From an uncultured delta proteobacterium (GTDB lineage: Bacteria > Desulfobacterota > Desulfuromonadia > Desulfuromonadales > BM103), in the NCBI GenBank assembly GCA_963715335.1, contig CAVQRZ010000026.1, positions 50,410 to 114,409 on the forward strand: a stretch of DNA of 64,000 nucleotides, read 5' to 3'. Below the pieces are notes generated by a model. That model was not told where the DNA came from and searched no databases. It saw only the letters and a list, made by a program, of their open reading frames with translations. A program made the translations under genes and the position numbers. Shown here in pieces: positions 1 to 10,761 of this stretch (position 1 is its first letter; each line of letters opens with the position of its first letter).

Positions 1-1112
1 AATGTGGCAAGGCAGCACGACGTGAGACGGATACCTTTGACACGTTCGTCGAAAGCTCCTGGTATTTCATGCGTTATGCCAGCCCGAAACATGATGTGGC
101 GCCTGTCGATCGTGGCGCCGTTGAATACTGGATGCCTGTAGATCAGTACATCGGCGGTGTCGAACATGCTGTCCTGCATCTACTGTACGCCAGATTCTGG
201 ACGAAGATCATGCGAGACCTGGGCATGGTCTCTTTTGCTGAGCCATTTGAGAACCTGTTGACCCAGGGAATGGTCTGCATGGAGACCAAGTCCTGTCCGG
301 AACACGGCTGGCTTTACCCTGAAGAGATTGATAACGGTCTTTGCACCCGTTGCCAGAGTGCCGTCGTCTCCGGTCGCAACGAGAAGATGAGCAAGTCGAA
401 GAAGAATGTTATCGACCCGGATGGCCTGATCAACCGGTTTGGCGCCGATACGGCGCGCCTCTTTACTCTGTTTGCGGCCCCCCCTGAAAAGGACCTCGAA
501 TGGAATGAGCAGGGCGTTGAGGGCTGTTTCCGCTTTCTCAACCGGGTGTGGCGGCTGGTCTACGAGAACCTGCCGGTTATCAAGGGCGCCTCTGCTGTAA
601 ATGCTGAACAACTTAGCCCTGAAGCCCGCGGGCTTCGCCGCCAGGTTCATCGCACAATCAAGAAGGTCACGGAAGATATTGACGGCAGCTTCCATTTCAA
701 TACGGCTATTGCTGCAGTCATGGAACTGGTTAACGCAATCTCCGTGTTCCCTGGCAAGGAGTCTGCGCCCGAAGTCCTGCGTGAGGCCATTGAGTCTGTC
801 GTTCGCCTCCTTTCCCCATTTGTTCCGCATATATGTGAAGAATTATGGCGGAACCTGGGTTATGATGAGTCCTTGGAAAAAAGTCGCTGGCCGGTCTGGG
901 ATGAAAACGCCCTGGCCGCAGAGACCCTGTTGATTGTTGTTCAGGTTAATGGCAAAGTTCGTGGTAAGGTGACCGTACCGGCAGACGCAGAGACGGATGC
1001 TGTTGAAGCTGCGGCCCTGGCTGACGCAAATGTCGTCCGCTTTACAGAGGGGAAAACCGTTCGCAAAGTCATTGTCGTGCCTGGCCGGTTGGTCAATGTG
1101 GTCATAGGGTGA
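1..1112 (+). CDS. leuS: Leucyl-tRNA synthetase, C-terminal part (begins before the window)
   Basis: Open frame from window start: [38 protein letters not shown] motif, [10 protein letters not shown]-terminal domain. Confidence 0.97.
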   Translation, partial: CGKAARRETDTFDTFVESSWYFMRYASPKHDVAPVDRGAVEYWMPVDQYIGGVEHAVLHLLYARFWTKIMRDLGMVSFAEPFENLLTQGMVCMETKSCPEHGWLYPEEIDNGLCTRCQSAVVSGRNEKMSKSKKNVIDPDGLINRFGADTARLFTLFAAPPEKDLEWNEQGVEGCFRFLNRVWRLVYENLPVIKGASAVNAEQLSPEARGLRRQVHRTIKKVTEDIDGSFHFNTAIAAVMELVNAISVFPGKESAPEVLREAIESVVRLLSPFVPHICEELWRNLGYDESLEKSRWPVWDENALAAETLLIVVQVNGKVRGKVTVPADAETDAVEAAALADANVVRFTEGKTVRKVIVVPGRLVNVVIG

Positions 1113-1624
1113 GAAAAATGCGTGGACTGCTGATTCTGTTGGCTCTGCTTGTTTCAGGATGTGGATACCACGTGCCCGGCGCATCTGACGCCTGGGTAGG
1201 TGGGGATGCGCGGCTCGTATATGTCCGGCTGTTTGAAAATACGACGGCACAGCCGTACCTGGATAATTACATGACCGATGCTCTGGTTGAAGAGCTCTCC
1301 AGGGCAAGGCTTTTTGACCTCACCGAAAATGCCGATGCTGCGGAAGTGCTGATTGGCGGGACCGTTGATAACTTTACCAGTAGCGCGATATCCTACAGTT
1401 CGACGGACACCATTACTGACTACCGTGCAACCATGGGAATTACTGTTCAGTTGTTAAAGAACGGTAACGGTCAGATCTTGTGGCAGGAAAAAATGAGCCG
1501 CAGCGAAGACTACAGCGCAGCCGTCAACAAAAACCTGCAGCTGGAGGGGGAGCGGCTGGCCGCGAGACAGGTCGCCAGGCGACTCGCCGAGGATATCCGT
1601 GCCCAACTTTTGAATAACTTCTGA
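1109..1624 (+). CDS. lptE: LPS assembly lipoprotein LptE family
   Basis: Lipobox LVSGC-GY; conserved position between leuS and holA. Confidence 0.85.
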   Translation: MRKMRGLLILLALLVSGCGYHVPGASDAWVGGDARLVYVRLFENTTAQPYLDNYMTDALVEELSRARLFDLTENADAAEVLIGGTVDNFTSSAISYSSTDTITDYRATMGITVQLLKNGNGQILWQEKMSRSEDYSAAVNKNLQLEGERLAARQVARRLAEDIRAQLLNNF

Positions 1625-1638
1625 AGCAACAACCGACA

Positions 1639-2640
1639 ATGTCATTAAAAGAATTGCAAAATATCCTTCAGGCCGGAACTATTCCCGGCCTGATTTTGCT
1701 TCATGGGCAGGAGCCCTATTTTGTTGAGAGGGGTATGCTGGCCGTTCGGGATGCCGTTGTTGCCCCCGAGAACAGGGATTTCAACCTGACCCAGTTCTAT
1801 GGCAAGGATTTTATTGTCAACGACGTGGTGGAACAGGCCAGGACCTACCCTGTGTTTGCTGATCGTCGTCTTGTTTTGCTCAAAAACATCCACGAATCAA
1901 GGGCCGATCAACTGGAAGGTTTGCTGGATTATGTCATGGACCCTGTTCCTGAAACCGTTCTGCTGTTGACCGCAGAAAAGATAGACGCTCGCCGTAAAAT
2001 TTTCCAATTATTTAAAAAAAATGGTCTGTCGATAGAGTTTAAGAAAATATATGAGAACCAACTGCCTGCTTTTGTCCGAGAGCTGGCCAAGGTCAACAAG
2101 CTGAGCTTGACTGCTGGCGCACTGAAGCTGTTTTGTAAAAGGGTCGGGACAAATCTGACAGAGGTTCAGGGTGAGATGGAAAAGCTGGTTGGCTACCTCG
2201 GCGAACGGGATCTGGCTGAAGAAGCTGATGTTGCAGCAATCGTCTCGGATACCCGCGTAGAGAGCATCTTCGATTTAACCGATGCGATCGGAAAGGGTGA
2301 CCGATCAAAGGCTCTGACTTTATTTGATCGACTGATGACGGAAGGCCAGGCCCCGTTGATGGTCCTCGCTATGATGACCCGCCATTTCAGGCAGATGTGG
2401 AAAATCAGTGAGCTGATGTCACAGAAAATTCCGCAGAGTGAACTCCCCCGCAGGGTTGGAGCCAGCCCGTATTTTCTCACAGGGTTGATCCAGCAAGCCG
2501 CCAGGTTCGATAATCGGCAGTACAGGCGTGTGTTTAATCGCTTACTGGAAACTGACCTGGCACTTAAATCGAGTGGTGGAGAGCCAAGGATGCAGTTGGA
2601 GCAACTGCTTCTGGAAATTTCCGATATGAGTGGCAAATAA
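1639..2640 (+). CDS. holA: DNA polymerase III subunit delta
   Basis: LLHGQEPYF, DFNLTQFYG, EMEKL, IFDLTDAI, DLALKSS; leuS-lptE-holA synteny. Confidence 0.93.
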   Translation: MSLKELQNILQAGTIPGLILLHGQEPYFVERGMLAVRDAVVAPENRDFNLTQFYGKDFIVNDVVEQARTYPVFADRRLVLLKNIHESRADQLEGLLDYVMDPVPETVLLLTAEKIDARRKIFQLFKKNGLSIEFKKIYENQLPAFVRELAKVNKLSLTAGALKLFCKRVGTNLTEVQGEMEKLVGYLGERDLAEEADVAAIVSDTRVESIFDLTDAIGKGDRSKALTLFDRLMTEGQAPLMVLAMMTRHFRQMWKISELMSQKIPQSELPRRVGASPYFLTGLIQQAARFDNRQYRRVFNRLLETDLALKSSGGEPRMQLEQLLLEISDMSGK

Positions 2641-2672
2641 AAGGGGAGACACTCCGTTTGGGAGCGCTCCCC
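2635..2672 (-). terminator. Rho-independent terminator of rpsT (possibly bidirectional with holA)
   Basis: GGGGAG...CTCCCC stem with a T-tract on the minus strand, between convergent holA and rpsT. Confidence 0.65.
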
Positions 2673-2698
2673 GTGATGCGTAAAATTCTCAGAGAAAA

Positions 2699-2971
2699 TC
2701 AGTCTGCCGATTCTGTTCCGTCGACCAGTTTGGCCAGACGGCTGATTTTGCGGCTTGCCGTTGCTTTGTGAATGACGCCCTTGGTCGCCGCCTTGTCAAT
2801 ATAAGGGACGGCTTTTTCCAGCAGAATTTTTGCCGTGTCAAGGTCACCATCGGCAATTGCGATGCGAACTTTTTTGACGTAACTGCGCATGGTTGAGCGA
2901 ATATGAGTATTCCGGGCATTGCGAATTTTGCTCTGACGATGTCTTTTTTCTGCTGATTTGTGATTTGCCAC
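2699..2971 (-). CDS. rpsT: 30S ribosomal protein S20
   Basis: MANHKSAEKRHRQS...KGVIHKATASRKISRL. Confidence 0.98.
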   Translation of the reverse strand: MANHKSAEKRHRQSKIRNARNTHIRSTMRSYVKKVRIAIADGDLDTAKILLEKAVPYIDKAATKGVIHKATASRKISRLAKLVDGTESAD

Positions 2972-3023
2972 TTTTATTCCTCCGGGCTATTTTCTTTGCG
3001 TGATTTATTTGTAAAGCGTCAGT

Positions 3024-3052
3024 TTTATAACATTGGCAGGAACAACAGTCAA
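3024..3052 (-). promoter_or_regulatory. sigma70 promoter of rpsT
   Basis: Minus strand TTGACT-N17-TATAAA with TGn extended -10, ~50 bp upstream of rpsT ATG. Confidence 0.7.
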
Positions 3053-3162
3053 GATAAAAAGATTCCAATATATAAAAAAATAGTGTTTAATTTAAGTATG
3101 TTATGAATATTAAGTATGGGATTAATAGAAAATAATGCATTGTGCCGGGTGTTGATGTCGTC

Positions 3163-4752
3163 ATGTCTGTAGCAAGTGAAGAGAAAAAACATATCTCGAG
3201 AGCGGCCGGTGTTTTGACCCTGGCGACCACGGTCAGCAGGATTGCCGGCCTGGTTCGTGACATAGTTGTTGCCGCAATATTCGGCGCGGGAATGCTGACG
3301 GATGCGTTTTTCGTCGCATTCACTATCCCTAACCTGTTGCGCAGATTCTTTGCCGAGGGTTCTCTGACGGCCGCATTTGTGCCGACCTTTACCGATGTGC
3401 TTCACCATGAAGGCACCGATGAAGCGCGTCGGGTTGTTCGGATCTGTTGGACGCTCCTTCTGCTGGTTCTGGCCTGTGTCACGCTGCTTGGGATTTTGTC
3501 GTCGCCCTGGCTGGTCAAACTGATCGGTTATGGCTTTGCAGGTACGGCTGGGAAACTGGCGCTAACCGATCTTCTCAACCGGTTGATGTTTCCCTATATC
3601 TTTTTCATCAGCCTGGTCGCGCTCTTTGCCGGTGTCCTGAATGTGTCGGGGCATTTCCTCTTGCCGGCCCTCTCTCCGGTGCTGCTGAACCTCTCCATGA
3701 TCGGAGCTGCACTGGTCCTTGCCCCGCGGCTGGATGAACCGATAACGGCTCTCGCCTATGGCGTACTTCTCGGCGGCGTGATTCAGTTTGCCATGCAAAT
3801 CCCGATTTTGTACCGCCGTGGATATGATCTGAGGCCGGATTTCAACTTCCGCCACAGCGCGGTTGTTCGTATCGTCAGGCTGATGCTCCCCGGTATCCTC
3901 GGGGTGGCTATCTACCAGATCAATGTCGTGGTAACTCGCTTGATGGCTTCTTTCCTTCAGGAGGGGAGTGTCTCCTGGCTCTATTATGGGCAGAGACTAT
4001 TCGAGTTTCCGCAGGGAATTTTTGTGGTTTCTCTGGCTCAGGCGGTGTTACCAACCATGTGTCGGCAGGCCTCGGCTGAGGACCTGGATGGTTTCCGTGA
4101 GTCATTGCGGTTCGCTCTGGTTCTGATCATGCTGGTTACCATCCCGGCAGCTTTGGGGTTGGTCCTCTGCAACGAGGCGGTGTACAGCCTGTTCTTTATG
4201 CGTGGGAGCTTTTCCGTGTTCGACGTTTCCCAGTCGGCTATAGCTCTGGCCTGGTACGCTCCGGGCCTGCTGTTCGTCGGCATCAGTCGCGTGGCTGTGC
4301 CGTGTTTTTACGCCATGAAAGATACCCGTACCCCCGTTATAATTTCTTTTTGGACACTGTTGGTCAATGCCGTAGCCGGTCTGCTGTTGATGCGGGTTAT
4401 GGGGCATGCCGGACTGGCGTTAGCCCTGACGATAGCATCGGTCTTCAATGCCTTGATCCTCATCGTACTGCTTACAAGGAAGCTCGGTAAACTGGATATC
4501 GCAGGGATACTCAACACCGTTCTGAGAACGATCCCTGGATTGTGTTTTATGTGCATTGTAGCGACTCTGGTCCTCAGGCAGGCAGACTGGTTGACGGTCG
4601 GTCCGTTCTTGCCGCGTTTTGCTCTCCTTGGTGTCGCCGTATTGTCGGGGTCTTTCGTCTATGCCGCCTGTCTATGGGTCTTTGGGGTAAGGGAGATCAA
4701 GCAGGTCTGGTCGTTGATCGCGGGGCGCTTACCGTCCCCACGCAAAAGGTGA
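3163..4752 (+). CDS. murJ: Lipid II flippase MurJ (MviN)
   Basis: SRIAGLVRD, DAFFVAFTIPNLLRRFFAEG, RLFEFPQG; many TM helices; ATG at 3163. Confidence 0.96.
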   Translation: MSVASEEKKHISRAAGVLTLATTVSRIAGLVRDIVVAAIFGAGMLTDAFFVAFTIPNLLRRFFAEGSLTAAFVPTFTDVLHHEGTDEARRVVRICWTLLLLVLACVTLLGILSSPWLVKLIGYGFAGTAGKLALTDLLNRLMFPYIFFISLVALFAGVLNVSGHFLLPALSPVLLNLSMIGAALVLAPRLDEPITALAYGVLLGGVIQFAMQIPILYRRGYDLRPDFNFRHSAVVRIVRLMLPGILGVAIYQINVVVTRLMASFLQEGSVSWLYYGQRLFEFPQGIFVVSLAQAVLPTMCRQASAEDLDGFRESLRFALVLIMLVTIPAALGLVLCNEAVYSLFFMRGSFSVFDVSQSAIALAWYAPGLLFVGISRVAVPCFYAMKDTRTPVIISFWTLLVNAVAGLLLMRVMGHAGLALALTIASVFNALILIVLLTRKLGKLDIAGILNTVLRTIPGLCFMCIVATLVLRQADWLTVGPFLPRFALLGVAVLSGSFVYAACLWVFGVREIKQVWSLIAGRLPSPRKR

Positions 4753-4755
4753 GTT

Positions 4756-5274
4756 ATGTCAGGGCAACAGTGGGATATGTTATCCTTTGAATACGGCACA
4801 GTGGCGCTGGTTGTCAGCGGCGGCCGTTTATCCAGAATCTGCTTCACACGCTCCTTTGAAGAGTCCTCGCTCGAAGTCCTCAGGCATTGTCCCGACGCCT
4901 GCCGGAGCTTGCACCCGCTGATCAGCGAGATTTTTGTCCAGTTGGAGGAATATTTTCAGGGGGAGAGGAGGACTTTTGATGTCAGGCTCGATAATGCCGG
5001 ATTGTCCTGCTTTGCAAGAAAAGTCCACAAGGCGTTGCTCGAGGTGCCCTATGGCTCGCTGATTTCGTACCTTGATCTGGCCAGGATGGCAGGTTCGCCA
5101 GGTGCTGCACGGGCGGTTGGACGGGTCATGTCTGCAAACCCCTTCCCACTGATCGTGCCTTGTCACCGTGTTGTCAATGCTGATGGTCGCCTGGGGCAGT
5201 ATTCCGGCGGTTTCGGCGGAGAGACCAAGGCCGGGCTGATCGATTTGGAGCGTGGACTCGTATCACAACCGTAG
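4756..5274 (+). CDS. ogt: Methylated-DNA-protein-cysteine methyltransferase
   Basis: VPYG...ARAVG...NPFPLIVPCHRVV active-site motif. Confidence 0.93.
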   Translation: MSGQQWDMLSFEYGTVALVVSGGRLSRICFTRSFEESSLEVLRHCPDACRSLHPLISEIFVQLEEYFQGERRTFDVRLDNAGLSCFARKVHKALLEVPYGSLISYLDLARMAGSPGAARAVGRVMSANPFPLIVPCHRVVNADGRLGQYSGGFGGETKAGLIDLERGLVSQP

Positions 5275-5312
5275 CGGGCCACGGCTGCTCGCCATGTACT
5301 TCTTAAGGTCAG

Positions 5313-6398
5313 GTGTCTATGCAGGTTGCCGGACGGATAACATTGCTCCTCCTTGCTGCTGTCGGTCTCGTCTTCCTTAATGCCTGCGGGGAGAGTGGCT
5401 ATCTGTTCCAGAGCGTCAAAGGCCATCTGGGGTTGATGTCGCGCGCGCAGTCGATAGAAGAAGTTCTGGCCAGCAACGAGGAACCGGAAATTGTCCTCAG
5501 CCAGTTGGAAACGGTTGTCAGGCTGAGAAAATTTGCGGTCGATTCACTGTCCCTGCCTGACAGTGGCAGCTATCATGAGTACGCAGACCTGGGACGACCC
5601 TATGTTGTCTGGAACCTGACCGCGGCGCCTGAGTTTTCTCTCGAGATGAAACAGTGGTGTTTTCCTGTCGTTGGCTGTGTCACATATCGTGGCTATTTTG
5701 ACGAAAACGCGGCCCTGGTCATGGCCGAGGGCCTGTCTGTACAAGGTTTTGACGTCGATGTCTACGGGGTTGAGGCTTACTCGACTCTCAACTGGTTTGA
5801 TGACCCGGTTTTGAATACCTTCCTGAAAAATGACGAAATCCATCTGGCCGCATTGCTGTTTCATGAGATGGCGCATCAAGTTATTTATGTGCCCGATGCC
5901 ACGACATTTAACGAATCCTTTGCCAAAACGGTCGAAATAGAAGGCTTGCGCCGCTGGTTTCACAGCACGGAATTTGACGATCTGTGGCAGGAGTGCCTGC
6001 TACGTGAAAAAAGGTCTGCCGATTTCCAGGATTTTCTGAGTGGCATCCGTCTGGAGTTGCAGACCGTGTACACGGCCGATTTGGTGGTCGAGGATAAAAG
6101 GTTGGCAAAGCAACAGATTATTTCACATGGCCATGAGACCTATGCCCGATTGAAAGAGGGGTGGGGTGGTTATGCTGGATACGACCGGTGGATGGAGAAA
6201 GGGATCAACAATGCGCGACTCTCTTCGGCAGCAGCCTACCATGATCTGGTCTCGGCATTTCAGACCCTTCTGCAGAGAGTCGATTATGATCTGCCCGCCT
6301 TTTATGTTGAAGTGAAAAAACTCGGGTCGCTGCCCGAAGATGCGCGTCAGGCAAAGCTGAAGTCACTTTCTCCTCGTCTCAACGCTTCTCTGTATTAA
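5313..6398 (+). CDS. Putative zinc aminopeptidase, lipoprotein
   Basis: Lipobox LNAC; WCFPVVGCVTYRGYF, AYSTLNWFDDP, HEMAH zinc motif with downstream NESFA. Confidence 0.8.
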   Translation: MSMQVAGRITLLLLAAVGLVFLNACGESGYLFQSVKGHLGLMSRAQSIEEVLASNEEPEIVLSQLETVVRLRKFAVDSLSLPDSGSYHEYADLGRPYVVWNLTAAPEFSLEMKQWCFPVVGCVTYRGYFDENAALVMAEGLSVQGFDVDVYGVEAYSTLNWFDDPVLNTFLKNDEIHLAALLFHEMAHQVIYVPDATTFNESFAKTVEIEGLRRWFHSTEFDDLWQECLLREKRSADFQDFLSGIRLELQTVYTADLVVEDKRLAKQQIISHGHETYARLKEGWGGYAGYDRWMEKGINNARLSSAAAYHDLVSAFQTLLQRVDYDLPAFYVEVKKLGSLPEDARQAKLKSLSPRLNASLY

Positions 6399-6520
6399 GC
6401 GAATTCGCCTGCGCGCAGTCACTGGAAGCCGTAGCCATGACTGTTAATACTGCTTGATAAGTGGATGTGTGCAAGGATACTTTCCCGGGCAACATTTGAA
6501 CTGTAAATCAAGGGTCGCAA

Positions 6521-7330
6521 ATGCTTGGAGCAATTGCCGGAGATGTGATCGGCTCACGTTTTGAACATGCCGGGATCAAAAGCAAGGATTTCGTACTGTT
6601 CAATCGGCGGAGTACGTTTACCGACGATACGGTTCATACCGTTGCCCTGGCGGACAGCCTTCTGCATAAAGTCCCCTACCAGGACAAACTCCGCGAATAT
6701 TTCCACCACTATCCGACCGCTGGGTATGGTACCCGCTTCAGGCGTTGGGCAAGGGCGTCAAAACCAGTCCCTTATGGGAGCTATGGTAACGGGTCCGCGA
6801 TGCGCGTCAGCCCTGTTGCCTGGTTCTATGACACCCTTGAGGATGTCCTCTCCGAGGCGCTAAGGAGCGCCGAGGTGACCCATAACCACCCGGAGGGTAT
6901 CCGCGGCGCCCAGGCCGTTGCTGGCGCTGTTTTCATGGCACGTAACGGGGCCAGCAAGGTTATCATCCGCAATTACGTCGAGGACTCATTCAATTACGAT
7001 TTATCCGCAAAGATTGCAGAGATTCGACCGGATTACAGGTTTGATGTTTCATGCCAGAACTCGGTTCCGCAGGCGATCATAGCGTTCCTGGAAGCAAAGG
7101 ACTTTGAAGATGCCGTCCGGAATGCGGTGTCTCTCGGAGGGGACAGTGACACCCAGGCCTGTATTGCTGGGAGTATCGCAGAAGCGTATTTTGGGGTGGT
7201 CCCGGATCATATCAAGGCGCAGACGCTGGCCTGTCTGGATGAAAGACTGTCTGCAGTTTTAAAAGCCTTTTACCAGAAAGTATCAGGCGTTACCCGGCAT
7301 CCAGAAATGTTGGAGCCAGGACTTCAATAA
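6521..7330 (+). CDS. ADP-ribosylglycohydrolase family protein
   Basis: GAIAGDVIGS, TDDT, GNGSAMR, THNHP, GGDSDT motifs. Confidence 0.92.
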   Translation: MLGAIAGDVIGSRFEHAGIKSKDFVLFNRRSTFTDDTVHTVALADSLLHKVPYQDKLREYFHHYPTAGYGTRFRRWARASKPVPYGSYGNGSAMRVSPVAWFYDTLEDVLSEALRSAEVTHNHPEGIRGAQAVAGAVFMARNGASKVIIRNYVEDSFNYDLSAKIAEIRPDYRFDVSCQNSVPQAIIAFLEAKDFEDAVRNAVSLGGDSDTQACIAGSIAEAYFGVVPDHIKAQTLACLDERLSAVLKAFYQKVSGVTRHPEMLEPGLQ

Positions 7331-7355
7331 ACAATTACGGAAAACGGAGAACAGT

Positions 7356-7886
7356 ATGCTGATTATGAATGAGCTTGCCGAAGTTGCCGGATTGATGCGT
7401 GCCGCCGAGAACCTTTGTGTTGCCGCACGAACTGCTCCCAAAGGCAAAGGCAAAGACCTGCTTGTGACAGCAATCGTGACGGAGGATGATAAAAAGCGTC
7501 TCCAGCAGCAGATGAGGGCAATCGGTGAACGCGATGGCGTGATATTTTTTCTTCGCGATGCAGACAATATAGACCATGCCCCGGTTGTCGTCCTGGTCGG
7601 CACTCGCAAAAAGCCGCTGCAGATCCCTGCGTGTGGCTTCTGCGGCTTTGTTGATTGCGATACCATGACCAGCGCGGGGGGGACCTGTTCGTTTAATGCC
7701 GGGGATCTCGGGATTGCGGTCGGCTCAGCGGTCGCTCTTGCTGCCGACCTGCGAATCGACAACCGCATAATGTACACGGTTGGCAAGGCAGCGATTGAAC
7801 TTGGTCTCCTTGGCGAGGAGGTGAAGATCGCGTACGGCATACCTCTCGCGGCCAAAAGCAAAAATCCCTTTTTTGACAGAAGCTGA
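7356..7886 (+). CDS. DUF2148-type ferredoxin-like / nitroreductase-fold protein
   Basis: AARTAPKGKG, RDADN, CGFCGFVDC, DLGIAVGSA, IDNRIMY, KNPFFDR. Confidence 0.75.
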   Translation: MLIMNELAEVAGLMRAAENLCVAARTAPKGKGKDLLVTAIVTEDDKKRLQQQMRAIGERDGVIFFLRDADNIDHAPVVVLVGTRKKPLQIPACGFCGFVDCDTMTSAGGTCSFNAGDLGIAVGSAVALAADLRIDNRIMYTVGKAAIELGLLGEEVKIAYGIPLAAKSKNPFFDRS

Positions 7887-7963
7887 AAAACCGGGAGATG
7901 GGGGGCAGGTTCTGGATATGGACCGTCCAAACCCAGCCCTGGAGAACCAGCGCCCTAATTTAA

Positions 7964-8572
7964 ATGATCGATCCGAACGAGCTGTTTGATATCGTAAATA
8001 ACGATGACGAAGTCATCGGACAGGCTCCACGTTGCGCCTGCCATGGCAACCCGGCCCTGGTCCATCGCGCGGTACATGTGTTGGTGTTTAACAGCTCCGG
8101 ATGGTTATTGCTGCAGAAACGTGCTCCAGACAGAGACATCCAGCCAGGCAAATGGGATACCAGTGTCGGTGGACACCTCAACTCTGGAGAATCATATCTC
8201 GCTGCAGCATATCGTGAAATGTCTGAAGAGCTGGGATTGACCGGCCTGCCATTGACGCACCTGTACCGGTCCGTAATCAGAAACCAGGTCGAGTCGGAAA
8301 ACGTGCACTCATATCTCGCAATCACTGATGATGCCATTGCATACGAGCGCAGCGAAATCTCCGAGGTTCGCTTCTGGTCTCATGGTCAAATTGACCAGGC
8401 CCTGGGGCAAGGAGTTTTTACCCCGAATTTCGAGGCAGAATGGCAGATGTTCAAGAGCTTTGCTCGCCGTTACCAATCGGCGGATTCGGACCGAATAGCT
8501 TTCTGTTCCGGGGCGTCTTTCCCTGACCTGTGGCGAGAGTTGTACAAGGCTTGTTGTCCAGATTCCGAGTGA
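7964..8572 (+). CDS. NUDIX hydrolase (YfcD/IDI-like)
   Basis: HRAVHVLVFN, WDTSVGGH..SGESYLAAAYREMSEELG Nudix box. Confidence 0.88.
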   Translation: MIDPNELFDIVNNDDEVIGQAPRCACHGNPALVHRAVHVLVFNSSGWLLLQKRAPDRDIQPGKWDTSVGGHLNSGESYLAAAYREMSEELGLTGLPLTHLYRSVIRNQVESENVHSYLAITDDAIAYERSEISEVRFWSHGQIDQALGQGVFTPNFEAEWQMFKSFARRYQSADSDRIAFCSGASFPDLWRELYKACCPDSE

Positions 8573-8620
8573 TGCTCAAAAGCTGGGCAATTGGTTGTTA
8601 AGATGCTCTATTTGTGAGCA
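8573..8620. promoter_or_regulatory. Tandem NtrC-like enhancer sites for glnB-glnA
   Basis: TGCTCAAAAGCTGGGCA (8573-8589) and TGCTCTATTTGTGAGCA (8604-8620): TGC-N11-GCA palindromes 31 bp apart. Confidence 0.7.
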
Positions 8621-8687
8621 TGTATGCGCTTGCTTGTTGACGTGATGTATAGATGTTCAAGTCTTTTTACCTGTAAAAACTCATAAA

Positions 8688-8700
8688 TATCAGACGTTTG
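8688..8700 (+). promoter_or_regulatory. Putative IHF site
   Basis: TATCAGACGTTTG matches WATCAR-N4-TTR, between enhancers and the sigma54 promoter. Confidence 0.5.
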
Positions 8701-8727
8701 TCAATGTTTATTGGTTTGTTTTATTTT

Positions 8728-8743
8728 AGGCAAGCTAATTGCT
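8728..8743 (+). promoter_or_regulatory. sigma54 (-24/-12) promoter of glnB-glnA
   Basis: AGGCAAGCTAATTGCT, GG-N10-GC spacing, ~80 bp upstream of glnB ATG. Confidence 0.8.
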
Positions 8744-8795
8744 ATTAGTCATTGCTGGACACTTTTGAGAACTATTTATGCTTAGTAGGATGTGA

Positions 8796-9161
<366 letters not shown>

Positions 9162-9218
9162 CGCTAAGACAATTACCCTAGACAGCAAGATCATTATCTT
9201 AATAAGGAGAAGTTTAAA

Positions 9219-10628
9219 ATGACCCCACAAGAAGTCGTCAAATTTGCCCAGGATAACGATTGCAAGATGGTCGACTACAAGTTTCTTGACTTTGTCGGTA
9301 TCTGGCAGCACTTTTCAACTCCGATTGGTGAATTCAGCGAAGACACCTTCGAAGAAGGTATCGGTTTCGATGGTTCTTCGATCCGCGGTTGGCAGCCGAT
9401 CCACAACTCGGACATGCTGATCATGCCGGATTCGTCGACTGCCAAAATTGACCCCTTTGTCAAGGTGCCGACACTGAGCCTGATCTGCAACATCATCGAC
9501 CCGATCACCAAGGAAGGTTACACCCGCGACCCGCGTTTCATCGCCCAGAAGGCAGAAGCTTACCTGAAACAGACGGGTATTGCTGACACGGCATACTTCG
9601 GTCCTGAGCCTGAATTCTTTATCTTTGACGATGTGCGCTATGATTCCAGCGCCAATGAGTCTTTCTATTCCGTTGATTCAGTTGAAGGCGTGTGGAATAC
9701 CGGCCGAGAGGAGTTCCCCAACCTCGGCTACAAGCCACGCCACAAGGAAGGTTACTTCCCCTGTGCGCCGACCGATTCCCTCATCGACCTGCGTAACGAG
9801 ATGGTCGAGGTCCTGCAGAGCGTCGGCATGACCATCGAGGCTGTACACCATGAAGTTGCTACCGGTGGCCAGTGTGAGATCGACATGCGCTTTGATTCTC
9901 TGCTCGCCATGGGTGACACCCTGCAGTGGTTCAAATACATCGTCAAGAACGTTGCCGTTCGTAACGGCAAAACCGTCACCTTCATGCCCAAGCCGATCTT
10001 TGGTGACAATGGGTCCGGTATGCACTGCCATCAATCGCTCTGGAAAGATGGCGTCAATCTGTTTGCCGGCGACGGCTACGGCGGCCTTTCCAAGACGGCC
10101 ATGTATTACATCGGTGGCATCATGAAGCACGCCAAGGCGCTCTGTGCATTCACCAACCCGACCACTATCTCCTACAAGCGCCTGGTCCCCGGCTACGAAG
10201 CTCCGGTCAATCTGGCTTACTCGAACCGTAACCGCTCCGCTTCCTTGCGTATTCCGGTCACCGACAACCCCAAGTCGAAGCGCGTCGAGTACCGCACGCC
10301 AGACCCGAGCTGCAACGGTTATCTGGCATTTGCTGCCCAGGTGATGGCTGGCCTTGACGGTATCGAGAACAAGATCGATCCGGGCGAGCCCCTGGACAAG
10401 GACATCTACGGTCTTTCTCCGGAAGAACTCAAAGATATCCCGAATGTGGCTGGTACCCTGCAGGAGGCTCTTGAGTGCCTTGAGGCCGATCATGAATTCC
10501 TGCTCAAGGGTGACGTCTTCACCAAGGATGTCATTGATATGTGGATCTCCTACAAGCGCGAAGCAGAGGTTGATGTCGTGCGCATGCGTCCGACCCCAAC
10601 CGAATTCGCCCTCTACTTCGACTGCTAA
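9219..10628 (+). CDS. glnA: Glutamine synthetase type I
   Basis: [41 protein letters not shown], adenylylation loop DIYGL. Confidence 0.98.
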   Translation: MTPQEVVKFAQDNDCKMVDYKFLDFVGIWQHFSTPIGEFSEDTFEEGIGFDGSSIRGWQPIHNSDMLIMPDSSTAKIDPFVKVPTLSLICNIIDPITKEGYTRDPRFIAQKAEAYLKQTGIADTAYFGPEPEFFIFDDVRYDSSANESFYSVDSVEGVWNTGREEFPNLGYKPRHKEGYFPCAPTDSLIDLRNEMVEVLQSVGMTIEAVHHEVATGGQCEIDMRFDSLLAMGDTLQWFKYIVKNVAVRNGKTVTFMPKPIFGDNGSGMHCHQSLWKDGVNLFAGDGYGGLSKTAMYYIGGIMKHAKALCAFTNPTTISYKRLVPGYEAPVNLAYSNRNRSASLRIPVTDNPKSKRVEYRTPDPSCNGYLAFAAQVMAGLDGIENKIDPGEPLDKDIYGLSPEELKDIPNVAGTLQEALECLEADHEFLLKGDVFTKDVIDMWISYKREAEVDVVRMRPTPTEFALYFDC

Positions 10629-10651
10629 GCGATCGAAACAGATAGAAAATC

Positions 10652-10686
10652 AAAGCCCCTGGTCAATCGACCAGGGGCTTTTTTTA
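10652..10686 (+). terminator. Rho-independent terminator after glnA
   Basis: AAAGCCCCTGGTC-AATC-GACCAGGGGCTTT followed by a T-tract. Confidence 0.9.
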
Positions 10687-10761
10687 TGAGGTTCAGAAGT
10701 GAGTTTTTTTCATTGGGGCAGGGATGCGGGTTGTCGTGCCCAGGCCAAAGAGGGTGACATC

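Noticed and set aside
2972..3162. Very AT-rich tract as a possible foreign DNA or origin
   Set aside because: Explained by divergent rpsT/murJ promoters; no DnaA-box cluster seen.
6521..7330. Calling the ADP-ribosylhydrolase draG
   Set aside because: No draT or nif context, and only generic family motifs.
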